Assembly: GCA_035489815.1 (NCBI GenBank) | Contig: DATHJH010000018.1 | Coordinates: 73,931-137,930 of the forward strand | Reading direction: 5' to 3' | Length of the DNA stretch: 64,000 bases | Origin: Candidatus Limnocylindria bacterium | GTDB lineage: Bacteria; Patescibacteriota; Saccharimonadia; Saccharimonadales; JAGQNK01 | Made by a program: the position numbers and the translations under genes | Part shown: piece after piece, positions 49,088 through 59,203 of the stretch | Position numbering within the stretch: position 1 is the stretch's first letter | Layout of the letters: each line of letters opens with the position of its first letter | The notes under the pieces: generated by a model | Databases searched by the model: none | What the model saw: only the letters and a program-made list of their open reading frames with translations | Told to the model about the DNA's origin: nothing

Positions 49088-50608
49088 TTATAGCTCATTC
49101 ATGACCGTGATGCGGGCGCCGACGGAGTTGAGGCGTTCGGCCAGGTCCTCATAGCCGCGGTTGATGGAGTAGACGTTTCGGAGTATAGAAATGCCATCCG
49201 CAGCCAGCATGCCGATCAGCAGCAGTACGGCCGGGCGCAAGGCTGGCGGGCAGACGATGTCCGCGGCGCTGAACTTGGTCGGGCCGTCAATGTAGGCCCG
49301 GTGCGGGTCGGCCAAGGTGACATTGGCACCCAGTTTGCGCATTTCGGTGTAGTACAACGCGCGTTCCTCGTATACCCAGTCGTGTATGAGTGTGCGGCCT
49401 TTGGCTACCGCGGCAATTGGCACAAAGTAGGGGAGGTTGTCTATATTGAGACCCGGGTATGGACGGGCATAGATCTTTTCCTCCAGCGCAATGAGCTGAC
49501 CGTCGTGCTTGCGGATGGTGACGTCAGCCAGATTGGTGTGGCCGTTGTCCGCTTTGTACCATTCACTGATGTTGTACTTGAGCCCCATGTGCTTGAGCTT
49601 GGTCAACTCCAGCTCTATAAACTCAATCGGTGCCCGGGCAATAGTCAGCTGAGAGTTGGTGGCTATGGCCGCTGAGATGAAGGTCATGGCTTCTACTGGA
49701 TCTTCGGCAGGGTAGTAGGTGACGTTTTTCTTGATGTCCCGTACGCCTTTTATGCGCAGCGTGGTAGTGCCTACGCCATCGACTTTGACCCCGAGTTTGC
49801 GAAGGAAAAAGCAAAGGTCCTGGACCATGTAGTTGGCACTGGCCATTTTGATGGTTACTTCGTGCTCAAATCTGGCGGCGGCCATCAGGACGTTTTCGGT
49901 CACCGTGTCGCCGGATTCGTACAGCACAATTTCTGCGGGCTTTTTCCTGGCGATTTTGACGTTATAGTGGCCGGTTTTGGCCACAACGTCTACGCCGAAT
50001 TCTTCCAGGGCAAACAGGTGCGGCCGAACGGTGCGGGTACCTAGTTTACAGCCCCCGGCGTAGGGGATTTTGAACTCCGGGAACAGGTGCATGAGCGGGC
50101 CAAGCATCATCAGGACGGACCGGGTCCGGCGGGCGGCCTGCTTGTCCATTTTGTCCATTTGCAGTTTTTCCGGCGGTTTGATCTCCAGGTCGTTATTGTC
50201 GTGCCATTTGACGCCGACGCCGATACTGACCAGCACTTCAATAATGCGGTTGACCTCCTCTATGCGCGGCATGTGCTTGAGCCGGGTGGTGCCTTTGTTC
50301 AGCAGGGCGGCAAACAGCAGGCAGACCGCGGCGTTTTTGGATACCCGGGTCTTAATGGTCCCTTTTAGTTCATGCCCGCCCTCTATGCGCAAGTTTACGG
50401 CGCTGCCGGTCAGGCTGATGAGCGGCTTTTTCAGCACGTCGCTGATGCGTCCCAGCGTTTCCAGGCTGAGGTTTTGTCTGCCGTGCTCTATACGGTTGAC
50501 GGCGGATTGGCTGGTGCCCAGTTTGCGGGCAAACTCTGCCTGGGTAAGGCCCCTGTCTTGTCTTATCTGATGAATTAGATGGCCTATTTTCTCGTTTGTT
50601 GTGTTCAT
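49088..50608 (-). CDS. murA: UDP-GlcNAc enolpyruvyl transferase with N-terminal XRE HTH
   Basis: SKNAA, GGCKLG.R, LR, RGYE; N-terminal R...GLTQ.EFA..LG.SQSAV.RIE.G. Confidence 0.93.
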   Translation of the reverse strand: MNTTNEKIGHLIHQIRQDRGLTQAEFARKLGTSQSAVNRIEHGRQNLSLETLGRISDVLKKPLISLTGSAVNLRIEGGHELKGTIKTRVSKNAAVCLLFAALLNKGTTRLKHMPRIEEVNRIIEVLVSIGVGVKWHDNNDLEIKPPEKLQMDKMDKQAARRTRSVLMMLGPLMHLFPEFKIPYAGGCKLGTRTVRPHLFALEEFGVDVVAKTGHYNVKIARKKPAEIVLYESGDTVTENVLMAAARFEHEVTIKMASANYMVQDLCFFLRKLGVKVDGVGTTTLRIKGVRDIKKNVTYYPAEDPVEAMTFISAAIATNSQLTIARAPIEFIELELTKLKHMGLKYNISEWYKADNGHTNLADVTIRKHDGQLIALEEKIYARPYPGLNIDNLPYFVPIAAVAKGRTLIHDWVYEERALYYTEMRKLGANVTLADPHRAYIDGPTKFSAADIVCPPALRPAVLLLIGMLAADGISILRNVYSINRGYEDLAERLNSVGARITVMNEL

Positions 50609-50729
50609 TGCAAGAAAGATTATACCCTCCATGATATAAATAACAAGCACTTTTTAGCTGTCCGGTCCTCACTTTTTCACCTCCAAAGAAGCTGACGAAG
50701 TGTGAAGGCGGAGTCCGCCTTTTTCAGAT

Positions 50730-51638
50730 TTATCTTTTATATTTCCTGAATTCCTGCTTGAGATCAGCTTGTTCCTGGCGGAATTCGGCCATGACGTCTT
50801 TGGCTGCTTCTTTGGTTGTGTACCGCCTGGAAGGAACCTGGGTAATGGTCTCCGGGCCAACCAACCTTTCGATTCTGGCCAAAGCCAAAGCAGCGCCCGT
50901 CTGGACGCGCAGCAGGCGTGAGTCCGGCCTATAGCCCGGCAGGTCGTGGGGTCCGCCCTCATCTTCTTCTTCCGGCTTGGCGCCAATGGCTTCAGTGGTG
51001 CGCACCATCACTGCATCAGCCGGGTCGTCCGGCAGTATGTGGGATGAGACATATTGGGCGGGGTGACGTTGCTCTAAAGTGCGGTAGAGTCCTGCAAGAA
51101 TAATGCCACTTACCTGTGGCACGCCATCTTCGGTATCAACCCTGTCCTGGACATTGGGCATGACATACCCTTCGCGGAAATGGACGTACCGTCTGTGGCT
51201 GATGGCGCGGCCGATTGGTGCGGGCAGCTCTCGTTTTGGGGGAACCAACATCTTGGTCCAGCATTCTATAGGCGCGAGGGGTCCTTTGAGATGAGTGGCT
51301 GAGGTGTTGTTAGAGGTCAGCACGCCGCTGATAGCGTCGCCATTTGCGGCAAAAGTAACAGCTACCTGGGGTTGGCGATGCAGCTGATCCTTGTTCCAGC
51401 CCGCACCTACCAGCTGCTGGGGCTTAGCCCGGGACTCCTGGTAGGCTGACAAATTTTTTCGGTTCACAATCACCTCGGCCCGGTCCCATTCGCTCCGGGG
51501 CAAGTCGGACATTATAGATTCCAGATGAGCAGTTTGGAGGGGACGCCACAGTTCGGCAGGTACAGCCGGCGCATCATAGACCACTGTATGCAGGCCGTCC
51601 ATGCCGGTTACGTTGATAGTGGGCTCTCTTTCTGGCAT
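50730..51638 (-). CDS. Hypothetical protein
   Basis: 302-aa ORF, GGAG RBS and TGGTATACT promoter. Confidence 0.6.
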   Translation of the reverse strand: MPEREPTINVTGMDGLHTVVYDAPAVPAELWRPLQTAHLESIMSDLPRSEWDRAEVIVNRKNLSAYQESRAKPQQLVGAGWNKDQLHRQPQVAVTFAANGDAISGVLTSNNTSATHLKGPLAPIECWTKMLVPPKRELPAPIGRAISHRRYVHFREGYVMPNVQDRVDTEDGVPQVSGIILAGLYRTLEQRHPAQYVSSHILPDDPADAVMVRTTEAIGAKPEEEDEGGPHDLPGYRPDSRLLRVQTGAALALARIERLVGPETITQVPSRRYTTKEAAKDVMAEFRQEQADLKQEFRKYKR

Positions 51639-51889
51639 GTGCGGGTCTCCGTTTTGTTACAGATAGTATACCAGTTTAAGCAGTTCACGTCTGGCCCGGG
51701 CAGAGAACTATCCTGGACCTATAGACATCACACTTTGTCTTGCCATCAGAGCTGGCTGATGATCGCTGAACTAAAACTGCTCTTTGCGACTGAAGCATAT
51801 CCATAGATATGTTGAAGGAGTAAAGAGCAGTTTTAGTCAGTGAGGGCAGTCAGATTGGGGCAAGTCAGAGTGTGATGTCTATAAGTTCG

Positions 51890-52486
51890 CTATTCGTCTG
51901 CAGAAACAGCCTCAATCAAGAGACCTACGTCTCTCCTCAGCGCCTCTTCCACACCAGGTATAAAGGCGATGTTGCCTTCTCCTCTCAGCGGCCCTGGGGG
52001 GCCAACACAGTGCATATTTACAAATCCGTGGTTGTCGCCGAAGATTTGCCAAAAGGTGCTTTCACCGGAAGCACTGGTTGCGTAATTAAGGCCAAATCCC
52101 TCGGCTGACTGTTCACCGTATACGCTGCCGCTCAGCGCCAGGGCATCAGGGTGATTTTGTGTAAGCTCATCTAATGGTACACCATAGCGCCGGGTAAATA
52201 GATCTGTCAGGTGGGTATGTTTCAGCTGGCGCAGTCTCACGGGCATACCAGTAACGCCAGCTGCCTGCAGTTGTAGGGCGAGTTCTCCAGCGTAGGAGGC
52301 AACTCCTTGTTGACGCTCTACTGCTTCACTTCTGCCCGTCGCTATGCTTTCAACTTCCGCCGGACTAAAGAACAGGCCGGCAGCTGCTGCCACGGTCTGG
52401 CTGTCTCCCCCTTTTTCTGATAAATATGCCTCCAGAGGGTCTACTCCGCCCGGTGGACGGCATCCCTCAAGGTCGCGAAGTTGCAT
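51890..52486 (-). CDS. Hypothetical protein
   Basis: 198-aa ORF with GGAGG upstream. Confidence 0.5.
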   Translation of the reverse strand: MQLRDLEGCRPPGGVDPLEAYLSEKGGDSQTVAAAAGLFFSPAEVESIATGRSEAVERQQGVASYAGELALQLQAAGVTGMPVRLRQLKHTHLTDLFTRRYGVPLDELTQNHPDALALSGSVYGEQSAEGFGLNYATSASGESTFWQIFGDNHGFVNMHCVGPPGPLRGEGNIAFIPGVEEALRRDVGLLIEAVSADE

Positions 52487-52603
52487 GGGTTGCTATACCT
52501 CCAAAGTTTGCTTCATGTTATGCCATCTCATAGTTTTGCAATTTTACCACAGACCCGGACAGGCTGGTGCGGTATACTTCTACTACAATAGGGGCTGCCA
52601 GCT

Positions 52604-53884
52604 ATGAAAGATTCAACAATTCTAAAACTCATCCAGGCAGAGGAAAAGCGCCAGCGCGAGGGCCTGGAACTGATCCCTTCAGAAAATTATGTCAGCCGTG
52701 ACGTGCTGGAGGCTATGGGGAGCGTGTTTACCAACAAGTATTCAGAGGGCTATCCGCACCGGCGGTACTACGGCGGCCAGGAAAATACTGACAAGATAGA
52801 AGAGCTGGCCATAGAGCGGGCCAAGCAGTTGTTTAAGTGTGATCATGCCAACGTCCAACCTCATTCTGGTGCGCCAGCTAACGAGGCGGTCTACAGCGCC
52901 TGGCTGGAACCAGGTGACACGGTGCTGGCCATGGACCTCAGCCACGGCGGGCACTTGACCCACGGCGCACCGGTTACCAGAAGCGCCAAGCTGTACAACT
53001 TTATCCGCTACAAGATGAAAGATCCGCATACCGGAGAGATAGACTACGACGAGCTGCGCGAACTTGCCATAGAACACAAGCCAAAGATCATCCTGGCCGG
53101 TTTTAGCGCCTACCCGCGGGAACTGGACTATGCCAAATTTGCGGCCATAGGCAACGAAGTCGGAGCGCTATTGATGGCCGATATGGCACATATTGCCGGG
53201 CTGATTGTCGGCGGTGTGGCCAAAAATCCCTTTGACTACGGCTTTCATGTGATCACGTCCACGACCCATAAGACACTGCGCGGACCGCGCGGCGGGCTGA
53301 TCCTGAGTAACGGGGTAGTGGGCAATCCGCTGAGGAAGGTCGAAAAGACCCTGGAAAACATCCCGACACTCATTGACCGGGCAGTCTTCCCGGGTATGCA
53401 GGGTGGTCCGCACATGCATATCATTGCGGCCAAAGCCGTGGCCTTTGGCGAGGCGCTGCAGCCTGAGTTCCGTGACTACGCCGTGCAGATTGTTAAAAAT
53501 GCCCGGGCACTGAGCGATGCGGTGTTAGCCAAAGGTTTTCAGCTGATTACAGGCGGAACAGATAATCACTTGCTGTTGGCAGACGTGCACGGCGCCTTTG
53601 GCATAGACGGCAAGGTGGCCGAAGAGGCGCTGGACGCCATTGGCCTGACACTTAATAAAAACGCTATTGCCGATGACCCGTTGCCGCCGTTTCGGCCCAG
53701 CGGCATCCGCTTTGGCACGCCGGCTATTACCACGCGCGGCCTGCAGGAAAAGCATATGGCCCAGCTGGCCGATTGGATGTACCAGGCAGTTACTCGCCAT
53801 GAAGATGTTACGTTGCTGCAAAAACTCCGTGGTGAGGTAACCGACTTTGCCTTACAGTTTCCGCTCCCCAGCGATAGCACTTAA
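52604..53884 (+). CDS. glyA: Serine hydroxymethyltransferase
   Basis: LIPSEN, NKYSEGYP..RYYGG, HGGHLTHG, TTHKTLRGPRGG. Confidence 0.99.
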   Translation: MKDSTILKLIQAEEKRQREGLELIPSENYVSRDVLEAMGSVFTNKYSEGYPHRRYYGGQENTDKIEELAIERAKQLFKCDHANVQPHSGAPANEAVYSAWLEPGDTVLAMDLSHGGHLTHGAPVTRSAKLYNFIRYKMKDPHTGEIDYDELRELAIEHKPKIILAGFSAYPRELDYAKFAAIGNEVGALLMADMAHIAGLIVGGVAKNPFDYGFHVITSTTHKTLRGPRGGLILSNGVVGNPLRKVEKTLENIPTLIDRAVFPGMQGGPHMHIIAAKAVAFGEALQPEFRDYAVQIVKNARALSDAVLAKGFQLITGGTDNHLLLADVHGAFGIDGKVAEEALDAIGLTLNKNAIADDPLPPFRPSGIRFGTPAITTRGLQEKHMAQLADWMYQAVTRHEDVTLLQKLRGEVTDFALQFPLPSDST

Positions 53885-53904
53885 TACTACTTAGGCTGTA
53901 GCCC

Positions 53905-54435
53905 CTATAAGTCATTTTGAACGTTGAAGGCTTCTCTGACGAGCTGTGCGCTGACAGCGTAACGGGCATCCATGGCAACGACCGCCGCAACCTCTGGAAG
54001 AGTTGCGGCGTCATTTTCGTCCAGCATATAACCACAGCCTAATACAAAAGCAGCCCCACTGAACTCTGCCCCAATTCGAATATCCTCCACGCCGGCTGCG
54101 TGACAGATAGCGCCGTAAGTCATAGCACGACACCCCAATTCTTCGTGAACAAAATCTGCACCAGTCCATCGGGCTGACCAGTCGTCAACAACGGCGGGGA
54201 CTTTGGGCTCTTCGGCAGATGCTTCGACCCTGTGTCTGACTGCCCGCTGGACAGATTCAACATAATTTAATCCAGAGACAACCCTATCTTGCTCAGTGGG
54301 CGTTGCGAGGCGCTTGTCAAGTATGGGCAGGACGGTAGCGGTAAGCCACACTTCGCGGTCGCGTGCAACGGGGTCTGTAAGGTATTCGCCATAACATTCT
54401 CGTAGGGTGTGGACCAGTCCGCTTTCTGCACTCAT
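53905..54435 (-). CDS. Hypothetical protein
   Basis: AGGAG RBS before ATG 54435. Confidence 0.5.
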   Translation of the reverse strand: MSAESGLVHTLRECYGEYLTDPVARDREVWLTATVLPILDKRLATPTEQDRVVSGLNYVESVQRAVRHRVEASAEEPKVPAVVDDWSARWTGADFVHEELGCRAMTYGAICHAAGVEDIRIGAEFSGAAFVLGCGYMLDENDAATLPEVAAVVAMDARYAVSAQLVREAFNVQNDL

Positions 54436-54841
54436 ATAGTCTCCTGAAATTGTAATAACCAAGGAGTTACCTTGGTTTTTGGCTTCGGCAAAATTCCTGG
54501 CAGGAACCCTGAAGAAGGTATCACTTAGCATACGCTTTTGTCCTGAAATGTCCAATAAATTATTTCGAATTTTAATGAACAATCCGAAGACTACGACTTC
54601 GAGAAAATAAGGAAGAGTATCATATTTTATGAACACCAGCTGCCTTTCGGCATGAAACTATACTGCATGCCATGCCTCCTGAAACTAGCTGGGGCCCGAC
54701 GGAAAAAACTTGTGCCCAATCACTCCGCAGACGATACGTGGAAGGCCGGGTATACACAAGTTTTGTAAGATCAGTTATTCGAAGCGGTAGATTCTTACGG
54801 GAACACAAAACTTAAATCGTCGTCTACTATCCATTGCCTGT

Positions 54842-55615
54842 ATGCTGAACTTACGCATGAAAACAACAAGGCACACAATAAGTATCAACGGTTTGGACGT
54901 GGCTTATTACCAGTTTGGCCACGGAACACCACTGCTATTTTTGCATGGCGGACGGGTGCGGGCACTGACATTCAAGCGTTCACTCGAACAGTTGTCAAAG
55001 CGGTATACAATCATTGCGCCGGACATTCCAGGCTATGGGGCTTCAGCAACCCCAAAAGGCGAGTGGTCATACTCGGATTATGCGGTATTTTTTAATAGCT
55101 TTCTAGACAAACTGGAATTGGACGACGTTACTCTCGTAGGCTACTCAATGGGTGGTGGCATCGCGTTCAACCTTGCCGCAATAAACAGTCAAGTTGCCCG
55201 GTTGGTGCTTGTAGACTCCTCGGGGCTACATGCCGTTAACAAAAGATCCAACCCTCATGATTTGCGTCGCCTTTCGTTCTACCTTAAGCATCCGCCCTAC
55301 TACAGTACGTTAGCTGTACTCCTGAGGGAATATTTGCAATTTATATGGAAACATAGGGGTGACTATTCACACATGCAGCACATACGTCAGTCGTGCCGCA
55401 AAACATCGTATGAAAAAGGGCTCCGGAAGGTTTCCGTTCCCACGCTTCTAGTATGGGCGCAGGACGACCGGATTATCCCAGTCGCAACTGCAAACGTATT
55501 CCAAAAGCGTATTCCAAAAGCCGTACTGAAAACCGTTAAAGGGAACCACGACTGGCCGCTTTATAAGCCTGCGCCCCTGGTAAAAAGTATCCTAACTTGG
55601 ACCAAAACTACTTAA
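54842..55615 (+). CDS. Alpha/beta hydrolase
   Basis: LFLHG, PD.PGYG.S, GYSMGG, PTL..W...D, H. Confidence 0.9.
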   Translation: MLNLRMKTTRHTISINGLDVAYYQFGHGTPLLFLHGGRVRALTFKRSLEQLSKRYTIIAPDIPGYGASATPKGEWSYSDYAVFFNSFLDKLELDDVTLVGYSMGGGIAFNLAAINSQVARLVLVDSSGLHAVNKRSNPHDLRRLSFYLKHPPYYSTLAVLLREYLQFIWKHRGDYSHMQHIRQSCRKTSYEKGLRKVSVPTLLVWAQDDRIIPVATANVFQKRIPKAVLKTVKGNHDWPLYKPAPLVKSILTWTKTT

Positions 55616-55648
55616 TGTAGTATCGTATCGGTCCTGATATAAAGTAAA

Positions 55649-56728
55649 ATGAGGCGTATGTCTTCTGGCTCACTTGGCGGCAAGCATGACACTGGATACG
55701 GTCTATATGGTAGACCCGACTATTACAATGCACTAGCTGAAAAGATCGGCAAAACAAAAAAAGGTGATCGTATTGTTGTTGCGACTATGACCCTCAGCCT
55801 TAAGGACCCGTTTGTGCAGCGAATAATGCATGAGCTTCACACAGCAAGCAAACGTGGTGCTTTTGTGTACATGCTCGTAGACGCTCTTACTTTTATTGCC
55901 TACAAAGGATTCATGCCAAAGTATCCATTGCATTTAAAGCAATGGGCTACGTCGGCTCGATCTCGGGAAGTGCAGTCCTTGCAAAAGTTGGCCAAGCTTG
56001 GCGGCTACTATTCAATACTTAACTGGCCGGAGAGGTCGCAAGTAAATCCGTTCGCGCATCGCTCACATCTTAAGTTTGCCGTTGTGGGAAATTCTGTGTT
56101 CCTGGGAGGCGCCAACCTTACCACCTCCACGGTCACAGACTGCATCGTGGGATGGGAAGATGCCGCGAGCGCAGATTGGTTGTTCGGACAAGCCACGGAG
56201 ATTGCGGCAGAAAAGGATGTAAGTAGAGCCTTGGATTTGCATGATGTGGTTTTCCCGATCTCTGATTCCTCGCAGATTTTATTGGATGCCGGCTTGAAAA
56301 GGCAGTCAATGATTCTTCAAAGAGCGCTTGGGCTTGTGGACGCCGCGAAGCGAGAAGTGTGGATTACGAGTCAATTCTTCCCTAACGGCCGTATGGCTCG
56401 TCACCTGTCAGAAGCTATATCGCGCGGTGTGCATGTCAGGGCCTTTTATAACAGCCCCGCCAAGCATAACCCGCTGATTGCAGCCTGGCAGCGTGCTGTA
56501 ATCGCTACCGCCCAAAGAGCTTTATCACCAGATTTGTTTACTAACCAGCTGCCAAGCCAATCTGATTTTTTACATGCAAAAGTCCTCGCTACAGAACGCA
56601 GTGTCATGATCGGCAGCCATAACTATCTAGATAAAGGCGTTATGTTCGGCACGGCTGAAATCGCATTACAGAGTAATGATCCTAGATTGCACAAACAGAC
56701 TATGGATATGCTCAAGAAACTCGCGTAA
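55649..56728 (+). CDS. Phospholipase D superfamily protein
   Basis: Two HxK motifs followed by GGAN and GSHN. Confidence 0.8.
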   Translation: MRRMSSGSLGGKHDTGYGLYGRPDYYNALAEKIGKTKKGDRIVVATMTLSLKDPFVQRIMHELHTASKRGAFVYMLVDALTFIAYKGFMPKYPLHLKQWATSARSREVQSLQKLAKLGGYYSILNWPERSQVNPFAHRSHLKFAVVGNSVFLGGANLTTSTVTDCIVGWEDAASADWLFGQATEIAAEKDVSRALDLHDVVFPISDSSQILLDAGLKRQSMILQRALGLVDAAKREVWITSQFFPNGRMARHLSEAISRGVHVRAFYNSPAKHNPLIAAWQRAVIATAQRALSPDLFTNQLPSQSDFLHAKVLATERSVMIGSHNYLDKGVMFGTAEIALQSNDPRLHKQTMDMLKKLA

Positions 56729-56745
56729 CAATTGAACTACGCATC

Positions 56746-56914
56746 CTAGTACCCCGTCAACCATCCCTTGACGGGTCTGCCCTCCCAGAACCAGCACCAA
56801 ACAGCCCGGCTGCCCTGAAGGGTAGCCAAGGCTACGCTTCAGGAACATCCAGACTGCCTGGCACTACTTCTGGAAAGGCATCTAGCTGTCAGAGTATGGT
56901 TGACGGGGTACTAG
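56746..56914. repeat. CTAG-bounded structured repeat, copy 2
   Basis: 19-bp inverted termini CTAGTACCCCGTCAACCAT/ATGGTTGACGGGGTACTAG. Confidence 0.7.
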
Positions 56915-57001
56915 TGCGCTTCCGTAAAGATGTCCGCAATCGCTTTTATCTTTCCGCTTTGCACAAGGATCATAGACCAGTCGGACCGCTCAATAATCCT
57001 T

Positions 57002-57181
57002 AGAACCTATCCAGGATCTTTTCACCACGGCCGAGAGCAGTTTTCGGGTGTGAGCCGGCTGTTTTTTGATTTGAAAGGTACCTGTAAGAAGGTACCTTTC
57101 GGAGCGATAGTCTATCAGAAGGCAGGTGGATTGCGTCTGAAAGGTGGTCGGAGTCAGAGGAAGAGATCCTGGATGGGTTCT
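57002..57181. mobile_element. MITE
   Basis: AGAACCTATCCAGGATCTTTTC ... GAAGAGATCCTGGATGGGTTCT, TTA at both ends. Confidence 0.65.
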
Positions 57182-57393
57182 TAGAACCCGGAATTGGTTC
57201 TGTAGTAGGTTACCTCTCTATTCAAACGCTTTTAATTTGGACTTGGAGAACAATAGTTGTCTAATCATCATTGTTCTGCTTCTCGTCCTTTGTTGCGCTG
57301 TTTGCATCAGCTTCGTCTGGCTCCACCCGTATTAAATTCTATAATCGTCCCATATATCTCTGGGACGGAATCCGGGAAATAATACCTGTGGCT

Positions 57394-58422
57394 TTAGGCG
57401 ATAAGTTCTGGTTCCTGGACGAGAGTCACGTTGAATTTTTGCTGCACGGCACCTACAATTTTTTGCTTGAACTGCAATAGGTCTGCGGTTTTCCTGGCGT
57501 GTTCGTTGACTAATACGAGTGGTTGTTTTCCCCAAGTGGCCATGCCGGTTTCGGGGTCGTGAACGTCCTTAAAGCCGGTTTGTTCCAGCAGCCAGGCGGC
57601 AGACAGCTTGGTGTTTTCACCGTCAACTGCCCAGTGTGGCATAGCGGGGTAGGTTTCCAGCAGTTGGGCTGCCTGGTCAGACGGGATAATGGGGTTATGA
57701 AAGAAGGATCCATTGTTGGCGACCTGGGACGGGTCTGGCAGCTTGCTGGAGCGGATGGCAATCACGGCATCGCGAATAACTTGCGGCGTGTAGCTTGTTC
57801 TGCCGTGGGTTTCCAGGTAGCTTTGAAGGGCAGGGTAGAACGGGGGTTGGGGGTTGGTTTTAGTTACATGCAAGGTGATGGACGTGATGAAGAATCGGCT
57901 CTTGTCCTCCGCCTTGAACCGGCTGGTGCGGTACCCAAACTTGCACTCATCTGCCCGAAGGTTCACCAGCTGCTTGGCCTGCGTGTCGTAGGCTTCGACT
58001 GTCACTAAGACATCTTTGATTTCACGGCCGTAGGCACCCACGTTCTGAATGGGTGTGGCGCCCGCCGTGCCAGGAATGAGAGACAGCTGTTCAATGCCAC
58101 TGTAGCCCAGGTCAACCGTTTTTCGGACGGTTTCGTCCCAGTTTTCGCCCGCACCAACCACAACATACATATCCGCGTCGTCCTGTTGGAGCGGTTCGAA
58201 TCCCATGATTTTATTCACCAGGACGAGTCCGGGGAAACCCCCATCGCCCCAGATAATATTGCTGCCGCTGCCGATCATCATGACGGGCAACTGGTGCTGT
58301 TCGGCCCAGGCCACTGCTTCGGCAATCTCAAACCTGTCAGTAATGTCTGCCAGGTAGCGCGCCGGACCGCCGAGGCGCATGGTCGAGTGCTGGCTGAGAG
58401 GGACGTTTTCCTGGATTTGCAT
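57394..58422 (-). CDS. murB: UDP-N-acetylmuramate dehydrogenase
   Basis: G.GSN, IPGTAGA.PIQNVGAYG, FGYRTS.FK, GSFF.NP, L..EP. Confidence 0.97.
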   Translation of the reverse strand: MQIQENVPLSQHSTMRLGGPARYLADITDRFEIAEAVAWAEQHQLPVMMIGSGSNIIWGDGGFPGLVLVNKIMGFEPLQQDDADMYVVVGAGENWDETVRKTVDLGYSGIEQLSLIPGTAGATPIQNVGAYGREIKDVLVTVEAYDTQAKQLVNLRADECKFGYRTSRFKAEDKSRFFITSITLHVTKTNPQPPFYPALQSYLETHGRTSYTPQVIRDAVIAIRSSKLPDPSQVANNGSFFHNPIIPSDQAAQLLETYPAMPHWAVDGENTKLSAAWLLEQTGFKDVHDPETGMATWGKQPLVLVNEHARKTADLLQFKQKIVGAVQQKFNVTLVQEPELIA

Positions 58423-58484
58423 GAGATCATTGTATCAGCTACACCTTGATCACTGCGAGTAACAGGAGTACCATATAGCAACGT

Positions 58485-59036
58485 ATGAGTGAGAAGCAAA
58501 AGAAGGAGTATCCTTATCAAACCCTGGGCATGTGGCTCAAACGCATGCGTGAGAAAAAGCAGGAGAGCCTGGCAGAAGTCTCTGGAGCGGTAGAGATTGA
58601 TACTGACCTGTTGTCTGACATGGAGCGCGGTGTCAGACGGCCGGGCGAAGACATCCTTATGCTGCTCATCAGCTATTTTGCGGTCAAGGAAGAAGACGCC
58701 GTAGAGATCTGGGAAATGGCCGGCTATTCCAGGCCGGATGAGGCGGACGCCGCAATTGGACCAGATACTGTTGTCCAGCCCGTGCTGGTTATGCCCATGG
58801 ACGCGCGTATTGTCTATACCGATATGGTGCACCTTACCACTACGCAATACGGTGTTACGATTAACTTTTTGCAGTCGGACGGCATCGGTAGCCAACCGCT
58901 GGCCGTGTCCCGCGTGGGGATGAGCCACGAACACGCCGTAAAACTCCTCGGAACGCTGGAAAAGGCGCTGCGGCCCAAAGAACCAAAACTCCTGCCGGCA
59001 CCAGAGTCAAAAACCGATACATCTCAGGACGGCTGA
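58485..59036 (+). CDS. XRE-family HTH protein with C-terminal domain
   Basis: LG..LK..R....SLAEVS.AV......LS..E.G.R.P. Confidence 0.75.
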   Translation: MSEKQKKEYPYQTLGMWLKRMREKKQESLAEVSGAVEIDTDLLSDMERGVRRPGEDILMLLISYFAVKEEDAVEIWEMAGYSRPDEADAAIGPDTVVQPVLVMPMDARIVYTDMVHLTTTQYGVTINFLQSDGIGSQPLAVSRVGMSHEHAVKLLGTLEKALRPKEPKLLPAPESKTDTSQDG

Positions 59037-59203
59037 AGCTAAGCCCACAGACACATTTATCCTCAAGACGCTTTCAGCTGGTGATACCCTCTTTGTTGTC
59101 AAAAATGCCGTGGGTCAGGTTGGAAATTATTACCAATAGGGGTACTATAGGCTTAAGCGTTTCATGATCATACATCAGATCACTAATGAGAAGGAGATTG
59201 TAC

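Noticed and set aside
50670-50719. CTGACGA as a hammerhead ribozyme core
   Set aside because: No correctly placed stem II-GAAA-stem III could be drawn
56746-56914. 6S RNA or riboswitch
   Set aside because: The size and closing stem fit loosely, but related copies elsewhere and the lack of recognisable consensus motifs argue for a repeat
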